Positions 23,764-37,525 are shown, numbered from the whole stretch's first letter. The stretch: 63,981 nucleotides of DNA, filler included, from Octopus bimaculoides (GCF_001194135.2; 4 parts of 4 records of this genome joined end to end with filler, not necessarily neighbours in it), one strand, 5' to 3'. The notes: generated by a model from the letters alone, not told the origin. Translations and numbers: made by a program.

Positions 23764-25988
23764 ATGTTTATAAGTACAGTCGCACGGAAAAATTTTCTAC
23801 AAATACCTTTCAGACGGCGGTAGATTACGATCAAATCGGAATGTAACGTGTAACAAAAACACATACATACTGACACACACATATACAAACAAAATGAAAC
23901 TTAAAACTTTGACAAAAAATTGTAATATATATATGTATAAGCCCATCAGTTTCCCCACATTACATTCCCATATAATCGAAATAATACACCATCTGAAATA
24001 TATATATATATATACCCACACGATATAAAACAATTGTTTACATCACAAAAACGCCCACTCAGAGAGGAACCATTAGAAGACATTGTTTATAGATTCATTT
24101 GCTTTAAACGAACATTGTGCAAAAGGAAATAAAATTCACAAAGCTGTTATTTAAATTAAGTTGCCAGAAGGGACAAATACGGGAAATAATGATTTACAGT
24201 AGCAGCAGTAAAGAAGTTTTTCAGATATTCAGTTTAATACATTGTGGTAACGGAGAAACTAAGGCAATCAATCACAAACAAGATCTCTGAACACAAATCA
24301 GGATTGCGTAACAGATTTTAAAAGATTTATGTGGAGTTAAGAAAATCTTTAAAATGACAGTAAAAATTTTTGGCGCCCCACCAAAATATAGTAAATAAAG
24401 ACGCCTGAGTAAATTTCATCGAAAGTATTCTAATTTCCAAACAGTTAGAAAAAGGAACAATTTTCTTTAAGTGACTTGTAATTTCCATTGGAGGCAATCA
24501 TCTATTTTTAATTATTTTTCTCCATTTTCTTACTGCCTACTTTTTCCCTTTTTTTTTTTAAGAATCAGTCATTTCAGAAATTAAAACATTCATAGCAATT
24601 TTCACATTTTTCTACTAAGGTGATTGTATCGATTGAATCAACCTAAGAATAATAGACAGAAGAATTCAGTGGGGGTTTTAACACAGAAAGACGGAAATAA
24701 TTGTCATACTATTATTTTTTTTCCTACACAAAGCGACGACTTAGAGCAGGACAGTTTCATTGCGTCAATATTACATTTTAAAAGCTAGTTTCCAAAATGG
24801 AAATCAAGTCCAAATATAAACAAATTATTGTAAAAATTAAGCTATGAGTAAGTCATCTTCCTTGTAAGTATCTATTAGTGGAACAGGAAAGAATATGAAT
24901 GCAATAAAAGAACTAAGCTGAGGACAAAAGAAAAATATATATACACGTGTCGAATACATAGAGCTAGTTAGTCAAATATATTCATAGAACATTCATGAAT
25001 ATAAATATAAATATAAATTTATTTTGTTTTTCAGTAAATTTACGATATTAGATATAAACTGAAAAGTAATATAGCAAGCAGTGATAATCTGCAGTTTGTT
25101 CGGGAACAATCCGTAACAATAGAAATGGTGACATTTTAGAAACCAAATAGATGAGGAAGACACAAAACAGAAAATAATCAGTTTATATTGTTAAAGATGA
25201 CATTGAAACAGTCTACATAAATCATTAAATACAACAAATAATCAACTGTTGACATGTGAAAATAAAGAATTACCTGCTGAAGCTGAGATTTGTACAAGTT
25301 TAGTAGCGTCTCGTCCGCCATTTTACTATATCTTTCAAGAGGTCAGTTATACTTTGTTGTAATTTTATAACAAAAAATTTAATAAGAAATTTTTAATGGA
25401 AAACAAATATTGAGAAATCTAATTCTAGAAATCCTTCGATAGATTATCAACTGAATTGAAAATTATAAATGAGAAGAACGTCATTATATATTATCAAATT
25501 AACCAATGAACATTGCTATGAGTCATAACTCCCTACAACTCTTATACAAAGGACTTCCGTTGAACGTTTATAGTCTTTTCGCAATTATAACTTCGACTTG
25601 GTTTCCTCATAACTTTCAGAAAAAAAATTCATGTTTTTCGATGAAATTTTTTACAAATACCTTTTGTGATTACAACTGTGTCGGATTTTAATGTGAAAAA
25701 TAAAAATTGGTAGAAACGCACACTTAATACTGTCATACTTAACATATATCTACAAAATGAAACTTTTGAAAAAATTTAATTCATGCTCGCATACCAAGTT
25801 TTTTGGTGTTTTTTTCCCCCACAAATTCCTATATAATTGTAATTTACAATATCTGAAAAATATCTACAAAAAAATTCAATAAAAATTGTCTATTTTTCCT
25901 GAAAGTCAGAGAGTGGGTACACTTGTGTAAGTATGTTACAATATTAATCATATCACCAATGCAATTCCAGCGATTGGGTAAACAAATA

Positions 25989-27048
25989 CGAGGTGGTATC
26001 AAAACGTTCCCGGTCTAGTTTTGTAGCGTGCCAACAGATGGCAGCACACTTGCATGCACTGAGGTAGTGTGCTGGGTGAAATCACTATGTTTACTTCACA
26101 AGTTGTGTAATTGGTGCTTTTGTGATCGCGTGTATACTGTGATGAAACCACCTCTCTGCACTTTGCCATTGGTTGGGGCATTTTCATCTCGCCGTGTCTC
26201 GCAAATGCTTCAGAACTGTCAAGTAAAATGTCTGCTTAACAGTTTGACCAGGAGGAACAAATGCTTTGTGGACATTTCCTTTCACATCAATGAAACAAAT
26301 CAGCATCGTCTTGATATTGGACTTGACACACTGTTGGGGGGTATGGTGATATTGAGTGCTTCCATTGACTTGACTGCTGCTTCATTTCTGGGTCATAGCC
26401 ATTGCACCAGCTTTTATCACCAGTGATGACCTTTGAAAAAAGTTTCAGATCAACTTCCAACTGTTCTTTCAGTTTACGATATACATTCAGTCCTGACTGC
26501 TTTTGATCTGTGAGCAAGTGAGGCACAAATTTTGCTGCTACTCTTTTTGCAGTTCCTCACTAAAAATTTATTGGGAGGCACTCCAGAACACACCAGTCAT
26601 ATTAACAAGTTCATCAACTGTTTGGTGACATCCCTCCAAGATCAGTTCATGAATTTTCGTGACATTTTCATTTGTTCAGGAGGTCAACGGTTACCTTTAA
26701 CGAGGTTGGTCTTCAAGTGACCATTCCTAAAGTGTGAAAACCACTTATAGACTTAGTGTTTTGCTCATGGTAGTGTCTTTGTAAGCTGTTGGAAGTATGA
26801 GAACTGTTTCGGCCACTGGTTTTCCCCAGCCGAAAACAAAATATCAGAGAGGTACACAGCCATCGCAAAAATCAACAAACACACTGCAAAACAAAGACAC
26901 ACCATGTGGCAGTACAACCTCACTCAATGCTGTTGGTCAGCAGACTGATGCCTGAGGGCCACATCAAGTGGCTTCTAGTTATGGAAGCCTGAACTAAAAT
27001 GGGCTTGTCTCACAGAGAATGTTTCTGGTTACCTTTGGTACCTCCTTG
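25989..27048 (-). mobile_element. Mariner-type transposon, degenerate
   Basis: MPHLLTDQK...KVITGDKSWCNGYDPEMKQQSSQWK (catalytic-domain start). Imperfect termini TA|CGAGGTGGTATCAAAAC and GGTACCTCCTTG|TA. Confidence 0.85.
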
Positions 27049-27349
27049 TATACAAACAGATAAAGATATTGCCTCTTTATGGTCTTAAATTTAGTCTCAG
27101 ATGGTAAGCTAAGAGAAATGATATANNNNNNNNNNNNNNNNNNNNNNNNNNNNNNNNNNNNNNNNNNNNNNNNNNNNNNNNNNNNNNNNNNNNNNNNNNN
27201 NNNNNNNNNNNNNNNNNNNNNNNNNNNNNNNNNNNNNNNAGTAATGGTTTAGGTCTGACTACCTCTCTGGCTGACAGATAAAATTTGTACATGAGAGAGA
27301 AAGAGGGCATGCCAAATCAATTCAAGACTTGTTGTATGACAGTTAGATA

Positions 27350-28307
27350 TGTAGTGAAACTACCTCTCTCACGGTTATATATTAACAAATGCGAGCGTAG
27401 CAGAAAACAACTCTTTCCCGCCTGCTGTGTCATCACCTGACTGACTATTATTTGAGCGGCAATTGTCTCCAGTCTGTTCGCCCCAGGACGCAAACCGACC
27501 AACCGTAGCCACTAATAAGGTCACGTGAGAGAGTGTTTTACTGATGCTCTCTGGAGCCTATCTGTATCTATAAATAGCCTAAATTATCCACGTCAGTTTG
27601 TCGCGGCTCAGATCCTCACAGATCTGGTTGTTGACCACACACGTAACACAACCAGCCAGTTTCCAGTGACGACATCAACAGCATTGTTCAACTTCCCCAG
27701 CGTCAACACGACTCTACGTACACAAGCTACCAAACAGCCACCGCAGCTTCTCAACCCTGTTTGTGTGATTTGCTCACCACGAAATTAACAGCTAGAACTC
27801 AACCTGCCTTCGCAGCAAGAATCCGGCCCGGCATCGAAGCCTCAACATCACGACAAGTGACTTAGCTCTGCCTTAACCATAGCCTCTTATATACAGACCT
27901 ACAAAACTACTGTGTACCTTAACAGAACTGGTATCTTATTATCCGTGTTACTGACTCTTATCTATACTCTGTATCTCTTGCATTCACATACATATATTTG
28001 TACACATACACTATTTTGTTTACATGACGGCCTGTCTTATATTGTGTTTTATTATGTTGCACACACACACACACACAGACATACAGTTTAATGCTCCAAT
28101 AAATCTTACTGTTATTCATCTTTATTGGTTGCGTTCCTATCTTTTATCTTACTGGCACTCCTTCGCATTTCACATGCGAATTCTCTATGTTATAGTATTA
28201 TAACATATATCATTATATATTTTGTGTTGACCGTGCGACGCGTTAAAAAAGGAGCCTTTTTTCTATTCGTCACCATTTCTCCTTTGGTTCGCACGGTCGT
28301 TCTTACA
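27350..28307 (+). mobile_element. Solo LTR (TGTAG...TTACA) with GATA target-site duplication
   Basis: TG...CA ends flanked by GATA on both sides. It contains a CACGTG E-box, TATAAATA and AATAAA (about 28098). No internal coding region. Confidence 0.8.
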
Positions 28308-29582
28308 GATATATTCATAAATGTACCTACAAGATAGAGGTATAATATTGAGGGATAAGAAAGTATGATAAAAGGACAGGAGCAGGAGTCTTGCTGAAAA
28401 GGTGAATACATGGCTTGCCCATTTGGAGAGAGAGAGAGAGAGATGTGAACTCAAGGTACAGGACGAATGTGAGAGAGAACAGTAGTGGAGGAAGATGCTC
28501 TGAAAATACCTGATATTTTTAGAGCAAATAACTTCAAAGGATAGAATTTTGAATTACATCCATATCACTAAAACTAGTTGTGCTACCTAGTCACTCTACC
28601 ATCTCATGAGAACAGTATGTTTAATAAAGATCCTGTTTAGTAGTCCTAAATCAGTTCAGAATGACCCTACCTGTATTCAAAAGCATTCAAACCATGACCA
28701 TTCTTTTATTCAGGAATAGCATACTCTATATTATATTATCCTGTATGCTCTTGTTCTCAAAGGTAGTTGACTATGGATGTTAGTTTGAGCAAATTAAGCT
28801 ACCAAATAACAGTTTCTCATTCCATTGTGAAAAACCCTGTTGCCCACAGAGATAATTCCCTAAATATCACCATTTTTTTTTTTTTTTCAATACCACTTTC
28901 TGGAAAACTGTGGAATTTGTCTCAAGAAAGCACTCATATTGAAGTACAATGCTAGCAAACACAGAAATATCTCAGTTTCAGGTAAAAAGTGTTTTGCAGC
29001 AGCAGTGGAATTGCTGAGTCCAGATTTCAGCTTCATTAAGTGTTATGAGTATCCACTAGCAACCACATGCTTAGACAAATTTAGCTTCTGCTGATATAGA
29101 AAAACAGTGATTAACAAATAGATGGTACCACAAATAGCCGATAGGTGAGATAAAAAGTCATTATTAGTGATGGAAGCAGTATTAGTTCAACCCAGCATTC
29201 TGTATATCTTACTTAATGTGGATATAAAGTAGAAAGTTTTCTGGCTTTTTACAGTATATCCATGTTAAATAAGATTTCAGTTGCTATTAATGAATCATTG
29301 TCATTGTTTTAGACTCTACTTTTCCATTTTTGCATGGATAACCCAAGTTTCCAAGTAAGATAATATTTCTCCAAGTCTTTTGAACATGAAGAGCACAATG
29401 GCAAGAAATGCTTTTGCAGCAGATTGCAAATGAGCAACACCATGTGTATGACAGTGACATTTGTTTACAATTAGTGTGCAATGTCAAGAAAAGGAGAGGT
29501 GAAAACACACACGCATGCACACCACACACACACACATACATAGACATATATACATATATTTATACACACATGTTTATATATA

Positions 29583-31012
29583 TGTAGTGAAACTACCTCC
29601 CGCCATTAGATACAAACTACTATCGCCATTACATACAATCTTCTCATTTAAATATAAATAAATGCGAGCGTAGTAGAGAACCCATTCCCTGTCATCACGT
29701 GACTGATTAATATTCGAAGCGGCAACTTCTTCAAACCGTTCCCGCCAGAACGCAAACTGACCAATCACGGCCCCTAATAAGGTCACGTGATAGAGTATAT
29801 TTCTGATGTCTGGTGAGCCGATAATACGCTATAAATAGATCAACTCATACCCACCAAATTTGTCTCGGTCCAGTTTCTCTTTGAGATCTGTTCCGTGTAC
29901 CACACGACANNNNNNNNNNNNNNNNNNNNNNNNNNNNNNNNNNNNNNNNNNNNNNNNNNNNNNNNNNNNNNNNNNNNNNNNNNNNNNNNNNNNNNNNNNN
30001 NNNNNNNNNNNNNNNNNNNNNNNNNNNNNNNNNNNNNNNNNNNNNNNNNNNNNNNNNNNNNNNNNNNNNNNNNNNNNNNNNNNNNNNNNNNNNNNNNNNN
30101 NNNNNNNNNNNNNNNNNNNNNNNNNNNNNNNNNNNNNNNNNNNNNNNNNNNNNNNNNNNNNNNNNNNNNNNNNNNNNNNNNNNNNNNNNNNNNNNNNNNN
30201 NNNNNNNNNNNNNNNNNNNNNNNNNNNNNNNNNNNNNNNNNNNNNNNNNNNNNNNNNNNNNNNNNNNNNNNNNNNNNNNNNNNNNNNNNNNNNNNNNNNN
30301 NNNNNNNNNNNNNNNNNNNNNNNNNNNNNNNNNNNNNNNNNNNNNNNNNNNNNNNNNNNNNNNNNNNNNNNNNNNNNNNNNNNNNNNNNNNNNNNNNNNN
30401 NNNNNNNNNNNNNNNNNNNNNNNNNNNNNNNNNNNNNNNNNNNNNNNNNNNNNNNNNNNNNNNNNNNNNNNNNNNNNNNNNNNNNNNNNNNNNNNNNNNN
30501 NNNNNNNNNNNNNNNNNNNNNNNNNNNNNNNNNNNNNNNNNNNNNNNNNNNNNNNNNNNNNNNNNNNNNNNNNNNNNNNNNNNNNNNNNNNNNNNNNNNN
30601 NNNNNNNNNNNNNNNNNNNNNNNNNNNNNNNNNNNNNNNNNNCTATAGTGTACTAAAGAACTGGTATAATTACTCACGTGTTATTGACTCTCTTTCTCTC
30701 TGCTGTAATAACTCACATACACACTTTTCTATGTATGACGGCCTGTCTTTGATTATGTCCTTATATGTCGCATTCACACTCACACACAGACATACATTTT
30801 AACGCCATAATAAATTTCTGTTATTCATCTTATACGGTTGTGGTCTTTCATTACTGGTCATCTATGTTATCGTCGTATAACATATTATGTATATCATCTT
30901 TGATATATATATTTGTGTGTTCGACCGTGTGACACGTTTAAATAAAAGGAGTCCTCTGTTTTTCCATTCGTCACCATTGCTCCTTTTTGAGTTCGCACGG
31001 TCGTTCCCTACA
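29583..31012 (+). mobile_element. Solo LTR of the same family (spans an N gap), TATA TSD
   Basis: Same start TGTAGTGAAACTACCTC, CCAATCA, AAGGTCACGTGA and TATAAATA, and same end GTTCGCACGGTCGTT...ACA as 27350-28307. Confidence 0.78.
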
Positions 31013-31440
31013 TATATATTTATACACATACACACAGTTTCTGTCTACTAAATTTCCTCCTAGAATAAAGATACTTGCTCAAGGTGTCATGAATCTGAAA
31101 CTACATGGCTGCAAAGTGAACTTTTTAATCACACAAATGTCCCAGTGCTTCACAGAGATGCCTGGAGGATATTTGTTGATGTGCCTTCCAGTTACCATCT
31201 TCGATAGGTATGAAACACTGAATTTTTAGGGATGTGAGAATTTTTTTCTTCTTTTTCTCAAAAATATGGTTGTTTAAGAAGAATGAAAAAGGCTTTGAAT
31301 AGGAATTACATCCAGTAGCTGACAATGTCTTTGACAAACAATTTAAATGGAATATTGCTGGCATCAAGCTCACCAGTACCAGAGGCACTGTTATGGATAC
31401 TCTCTCTTCCTTCAGAACTCAGCAAATATAATGATAATAA

Positions 31441-31688
31441 TAAATTCAAATTACGATAAACGTAAACAAACAAATGAAGTTTGCTTTTAGAAGTGTTGAG
31501 ATGTCTTAGAAAGTTAAAGAAGTGATTTTAAATTCTCAATCGCAGGATAATGCTAATAATATAGCCTGAACAGGATAAACTACCCCTATTTTGCAGAAAA
31601 AAAAGTCTAAGTGGTTAGCTATGAGACACGAACTCATACCTCCGTGATTAAGCGTCGCGGTGCTCTGACCGATTGAGCTAAACTCTCC
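31441..31688 (-). mobile_element. SINE-like element with tRNA-like head (31688-31613) and about 170-bp body
   Basis: The head folds a D-arm GCTC/GAGC, a T-arm ATGAG-TTCGTGT-CTCAT and an anticodon-like loop CGCTTAA. The acceptor stem does not pair, so it is not a functional tRNA. The body recurs at 31752-32027 and 18457-18625. Confidence 0.65.
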
Positions 31689-33032
31689 TACTACAAATTC
31701 CTCTGCAAATTTAAGATGTACAGAAATCTCGCTTTATGAGACACTATCATATGTTAAATTCAAATTACGATAAACGTAAACAAACAAACGAAGTTTGCTT
31801 TTAGAAGCGTTGAGATGTCTTAGAAAGTTTAAAGAAGTGATTTCAAATTCTCAATAGCAGAACAATGCCAATAATATAGCCTGAACAGGACAAACCACCC
31901 CCATTTTGCAGAAAAAAGTGTAGGTGGCACCTACACTTTTTTCTGCAAAATAGGGGCAGTTCATCCCGTTCAGGCCACACTACTAGCACCATCCTGCGAC
32001 TGAAAGTCCAAAATCACTTCCTTAACTTACTCATATACAATTTTTATTTTTTATTTTTATTTTTTCAAATGAAAACAATAACAGAACTCTCTAAATTAAT
32101 CTACCTGCAATATTTGATGGTACTCTCGGGAAGTACAAAGTGATTTGATCTGAATATGTTTCTGAAGAAGAATGAAGTATAGATCTGACTTTAAGTGAGT
32201 TCCAAGAACAAATGAGATGTCATTCTCACTTTAACCGTGCTTCTCAAAAGTATTTATAAAAATAAACAATGAGGACATAAAGTGGCAATATACAAAGACT
32301 CGTTTCGTTTTCTCCATGTTTCGGTGTTTCAAGTTGTGTTGTGAAATTGTAGTTCAGTTGGAATGACCCCGTGAAATAAATAGTTTAGCCCCAATGAACA
32401 TTGATTAAGGATGGGGTGATACAACTCATATTCTCTTCTACTCTAGGCACAAGGCCCGAAATTTGGGGGAAGAGAGGGCCAGGCGATTAGATCGACCCTA
32501 GTACGCAATTGGTACTTAATTTATCGACTCCGAAATATTATAATCTTATATAATAAAACACAAAGTGTGTCCTTGTTGGTCACACAGTAGGCAAAGAAGA
32601 GTAAAACCACAGACGGAGTGGGGGCGGATGAGAGTGAAAGATGCTAAAACAGGTGAACAACATTTAAAAGCTTTGCTCCAAAGACGTTAAGGGAAGAAGA
32701 GTAAAACAACAAACGGAATGGCAGTGAGTGATAGTCAGAGGTGGATAACTGCAGGCAGACTGTAGTGAGCTCTGAATTCACAAGCATTTCAATGAAAATA
32801 AAATTAAATTTCTATCATAAATTATATTTATTAATTTCACACACACACACACAAAGTGGCATATATGTTAGAATAAAATAATTTCATTGATGTAAAAAAT
32901 GTAGACCATCTTATGCATGTGCACACACATTCATACACTCATGTGTATGCATATGTATATGTATGCATATGCATATGCATATGTATGCATATGCATAATG
33001 TACTTAAATAGGTATCTGTATGTATGAGTATA

Positions 33033-33365
33033 TCATCATCGTTTAACGTCCGCTCTCCATGCTAGCATGGGTTGGACGATTTGACTGAGGACTGGTGAAA
33101 CCGGATGGCAACACCAGGCTCCAATCTAATTTGGCAGAGTTTCTACAGCTGGATGCCCTTCCTAACGCCAACCACTCAGAGAGTGTAGTGGGTGCTTTTA
33201 CGTGTCACCCGCACGAAAACGGCACGCTCGAAATGGTGTCTTTTATGTGCCACCCGCACAAGAGCCAGTCCAAGGGCACTGGCAATGATCTCGCTCGAAA
33301 ACCCTACAAAGGCCAGTCAGGCGGTACTGGCAACGGTCACGCTCAAGATGGTACATCTTAAGTGC
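33033..33365 (-). mobile_element. Second 3' end of the same RTE family
   Basis: Near-identical to 19790-20060 by eye (CATCATCGTTTAACGTCCGCTCTCCATGCTAGCATGGGTTGGACG...). It runs into an N gap. Confidence 0.85.
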
Positions 33366-33845
33366 NNNNNNNNNNNNNNNNNNNNNNNNNNNNNNNNNNN
33401 NNNNNNNNNTTAATTAATTAANNNNNNNNNNNNNNNNNNNNNNNNNNNNNNNNNNNNNNNNNNNNATATATATATATATACAAAATGGAACAAGAACGCA
33501 AAACATTCAGACAGTTAGGTAATTAGGTAATACAAAAAAGGGGACAACAAAACATCCAGATAGACGATACAAAGAAAACAAGGGTGGGTCGTTCGGAGTT
33601 TTCTTTCCTCAGCCAAGTTCCAGATTATCCTTCCAATTTCGGTTCGTTATTCTCGATATTGCTCCAATCTGGCCAGCCCCAAGGAAAAACTAAGCTAAGA
33701 GCATTAGATTCCTTGGAAGAAAGCAGCGAATGTATACGTAAACAAGGACGGGGAAAAAAACGGAGAATGTTACACAACTACAAATAACAGGAAATAACAA
33801 CAGGTGTCTTTCGACAGGCTTTTATGACCGAATCTTAACAGAGTC

Positions 33846-33881
33846 ATCTGAGGGTCGTGGGTTCATGTCCCCCTACGGGCG
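33846..33881 (+). pseudogene. tRNA-Lys-like 3'-half remnant
   Basis: ATCTGAGGGTCGTGGGTTCATGTCCCCCTACGGGCG resembles the 3' half of metazoan tRNA-Lys (AATCTGAGGGTC..GGGTTCAAGTCCC...CGGGCG). The 5' half is absent. Confidence 0.5.
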
Positions 33882-34059
33882 AAACAATTATTTTAGGCGC
33901 AGGAGTGGCTCTATGGTAAGTAGCTTGCTCACCAATCACATTGTTTCGGATTCGGTCCAAGTGCGTGGCACCTTGGGCGAGTGTCTTCTACTATAGCCCC
34001 CGGCCAACCAAAAGTTTGTGAGTGGATTTGGTAGACGGAAACTGAAAGAAGTCCGTCGA

Positions 34060-34097
<38 letters not shown>

Positions 34098-34330
34098 NNN
34101 NNNNNNNAATGACTGAAACAAGTAAAAGAATAAAAGAACGTATGTATGTATGTATGTATGTATGTATGTATGTATGTATGTATGTATAACATTAAAACTT
34201 CAGCAATGTTACAACACGTGATCCGTTGGCGATTTCTTCTCCTTTTCTATCTTTCGTTTTTTATCCGATTATTTTGAATTATTTGTCTCACATGAATCGG
34301 CGTACGTACACTTTGGTCTCTTATATGTAA

Positions 34331-34363
<33 letters not shown>

Positions 34364-36317
34364 NNNNNNNNNNNNNNNNNNNNNNNNNNNNNNNNNNNNN
34401 NNNNNNNNNNNNNNNNNNNNNNNNNNNNNNNNNNNNNNNNNNNNNNNNNNNTATATTTGTACGACACTCTTATTCTTTCATTCTTTCTTTCTATCAGCCC
34501 CTTCACACTTACTTCGTTCTTTCCACTCTTTTTTCTTTCGTTCCCCCTCTCTCACATTTCCTAGCTTTCTCACCTTCCCTTCTCTTTCACTTCACTCTCT
34601 CCCATTTTTGTCTCGCTCCTCCCTAATTCTTCTGTCCCTCTGCCTCTACCTCTCTTCTCTCTTCCCATGTGACCGGTGTTCGGCCAAGCCTGACCTTTCT
34701 TTCTTGGTTTAACTACCATCCGTGCAATATCTATATTCCTCCCTATGCCTGTCATCGCTTATGTTCCTGCCGTAAGGCTTCACTTTCACATACGCCAGCT
34801 TAATTTAATTCGTCCTTAGTTGAAAGACACCTGTTATTTGCATTTGTGTACCATTTTGATTGACTAAACTCTTCAAGGCGGTGCCTGGGCAAGGTTGCAG
34901 TACAAGACTAAAGAAGTAAATAAGTGAAGAGCAAAACAAAACTATGAATAACTTGGTTTTTCATGATACTTTAGGTTTATTAAAAAGTTTTAAATTCGTC
35001 ATTGTTCTAATGTCCACTTTTCTATGCATGCATGGATCAAACGGAATTTGTTGTCAGTAGATTTCCTCTAAGTGAATGTTCTTCTTTTTACCAACCTTCA
35101 CTTGTTTCCAAGCAAGGTAATCTTTCCCTATTACTGGACATGTTTTTCACAGAAGACTGAAAAGCAAGCAACACCGTTTGTATGATGGTGACACTCATTT
35201 ATGATCATCACACAATGTTAATACAGGAAAACACATACACACAAATGTGCATACTTAAATATTTTACTTGTTTCACTGCTGCCATGCTGGGGCATTGCCT
35301 TAAAGGGTTTTAACGAAACAAATCAACCCCAGTATCTGTTTTTAAGTCTTGTACTTATTCTATCAGCCTTTTTTGCTGAACTGCTAATTTAAGAGGATGT
35401 AAGGAAACCAGCATAATTTGTTAAACAGTAGTGCTGATGGGACAAAAACCTTGCATGCACACACACACACACATATGTGACAGGCTACCACACAGTTTCA
35501 ATTTGCCAAATTCAATTGCAATCATTGGTTGGCCTGGAGTTTTAGTAGAAGACACTTATCCAAGGTGCCATGCCGCGAGACTGGATCTGAATCTACATGG
35601 TTGCAAAGCAGGTTTCTTAACCCCACAGCCAGGCCTGCACCAGAACACAGACAGGCTTCTTTAAGTTTCTGGCTGTCATATCCACTCACAAGATCAAGCC
35701 AAGATTATACTCAACAGGACTGGACCTAAAACCACATGGCTGGGAAATGAACTTCTTAACTATACAGCTATACCTGTGCCTTAAATTAAATCAAAAAAAG
35801 AAACAAAACCTTCTGTGCAGTTATATATTCGCTGATGTGCACCAGTATGCTGCAGTGTTCCATTTGGGAAACACTGGTCTAGTAGTAGTTGCTTGAATAT
35901 CTGCTGGTGTCTCTGGTTGTGAATTGAGAAAAAGTAAACTTCCCCAGTCAAACAAACTGCAGTAGGAACACCTGAAAAATAAAACAATTATCAAAAGTTC
36001 ACTACTTCCTTGATTATACTTAATTTTATTATTTGCAAATAAACAAAATTTTGTAAAAATTCTTTATTTTAGTTACACAAAATTTATGAAAAAATACTGC
36101 TTATCTATAATCATATATTTAAAGAAGACTCCCTTCATAAAATACTTGTCAAGTTGATATACTATTTTTCAAGCCTTAATCATAGGGATATTACATTGAT
36201 TATTACTTTTTGAATGAAATCCTGATTGTCTCTCATTTAATGTCCATTTTCCATGCTGTATGTCATGGCTTGGACGGCTTGACAACGCATGTATGTATGT
36301 ATGTATGTATGTATGTA

Positions 36318-36650
36318 TGAGGCCAATAAACTGTCCACAGTCTGTCTACCATATGGGAAAGGCCTCTCCGAAAGGAAACAAAAGATATGCGGCCCATATG
36401 ACATCAGGGCAGTATTCAAGAGTAATACAACACTTCGCAAATATCTCCTTCGTGTAAAACCATCAATAGAAGAGAATATGACCAAAGACTGCGTGTATTC
36501 CATCTCATGCAGCTGTGGTAGGTTATACAAAGGCGAAACATGCCGCCCTTTCAAAATAAGGGTAGACGAACATCGCAAAGCTGTAACACGAGGAGGTATT
36601 GATAAATCGAGTACAGCTGATCATGTATGGAAAAATGGAGACCCCCCCGC
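36318..36650 (+). mobile_element. Penelope-like element fragment, GIY-YIG endonuclease
   Basis: LPYGKGLSER...IRAVFKSNTTLR...CVYSISCSCGRLYKGETCRPFKIRVDEHRKAV...STADHVW is the typical PLE C-terminal GIY-YIG region. Confidence 0.85.
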
Positions 36651-37324
36651 CACTAACCACGATCCAAACACCTAATTTTACTTAATCCAGAATCGCAGCT
36701 CTGTCAAAGAAGTGAACTGAAAAGCAGCATGCCTGGTAAATGGCAGCCATAGTCGCTCACAGTCAAAGAATCTTCATGGATATCGGCAGCTACATTGCAT
36801 CTCTGCGCATCGACAATCATGAGATTCTGAAACTTCCGCTCAGAGGTTGTTGGCAGCCGATGAACGACTTAATTAGTGGATCGCGTCTTAGCCACAAGGA
36901 GGTGTAAAGCGGACAATCCAATCAAATGAGTTCTAACGTTGACACAAGACAACACGTTTTGAGGGATGTGATGTATTTTGATTAAGATTTACTTAAGTAT
37001 TTAATTGGGACTTACGAAATATTTCTTATCAAAATCAAGGCATTTTTTTCAAAACTTCTACGATTCTGCCAATCCATCGCCCTTAATTATTTTTAATTTG
37101 GACACAACGCAAGTAATTTTTGAAGAGAGTGGGTGAGTCGGGTATGTAGGGTATTTAATTTTATCGAAGCCGGATGATAGGCAAAGCTGACCTTGTTGGG
37201 ATTTCATCTCAGAATGTAAAAAGAGTTGTAACAAATACTGCAAGATATTTTCTCCGACGCTTTAACGATTCTCTCAAACCACCGCCTCACTAGTACTTTA
37301 TGATACTAATAAAAACACCACCAG

Positions 37325-37525
37325 CACCATCCCCAAATGACAACGACGACGACGACGACGATGACGATGATAATAATATAATAATAATGACGATGATGAT
37401 GATGATGAGGAGGAGGAGGAGGAGGAGGAGGAGGAAGAAGAAGAGGAAGCAGAGGAAGAGGAGGAAGAAGAGGAGGAAGAGGAGGAAGATGACGACAACA
37501 ATGATGACAACGATGACGACGATGA
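37325..37525. repeat. Compound trinucleotide microsatellite (GAC/GAT/AAT/GAG/GAA)
   Basis: Direct reading. It accounts for the low-complexity ORFs at 37290-37551. Confidence 0.9.

Noticed and set aside
28770-29480. Minus-strand fragments resembling a hAT transposase (HGVAHLQSAAKAF...)
   Set aside because: The similarity is too short and degenerate, no TIRs were found, and it needs a profile search.
31613-31688. Functional tRNA gene
   Set aside because: The acceptor stem does not pair, the anticodon loop lacks U33 and the stem has a mismatch. It is better explained as a SINE head.
33590-33615. Minus-strand CTGAGGA-AAGAAAACTCC-GAAC hammerhead-like string
   Set aside because: Stem II is at most 2 bp, GAAA is broken and there is no convincing stem I.
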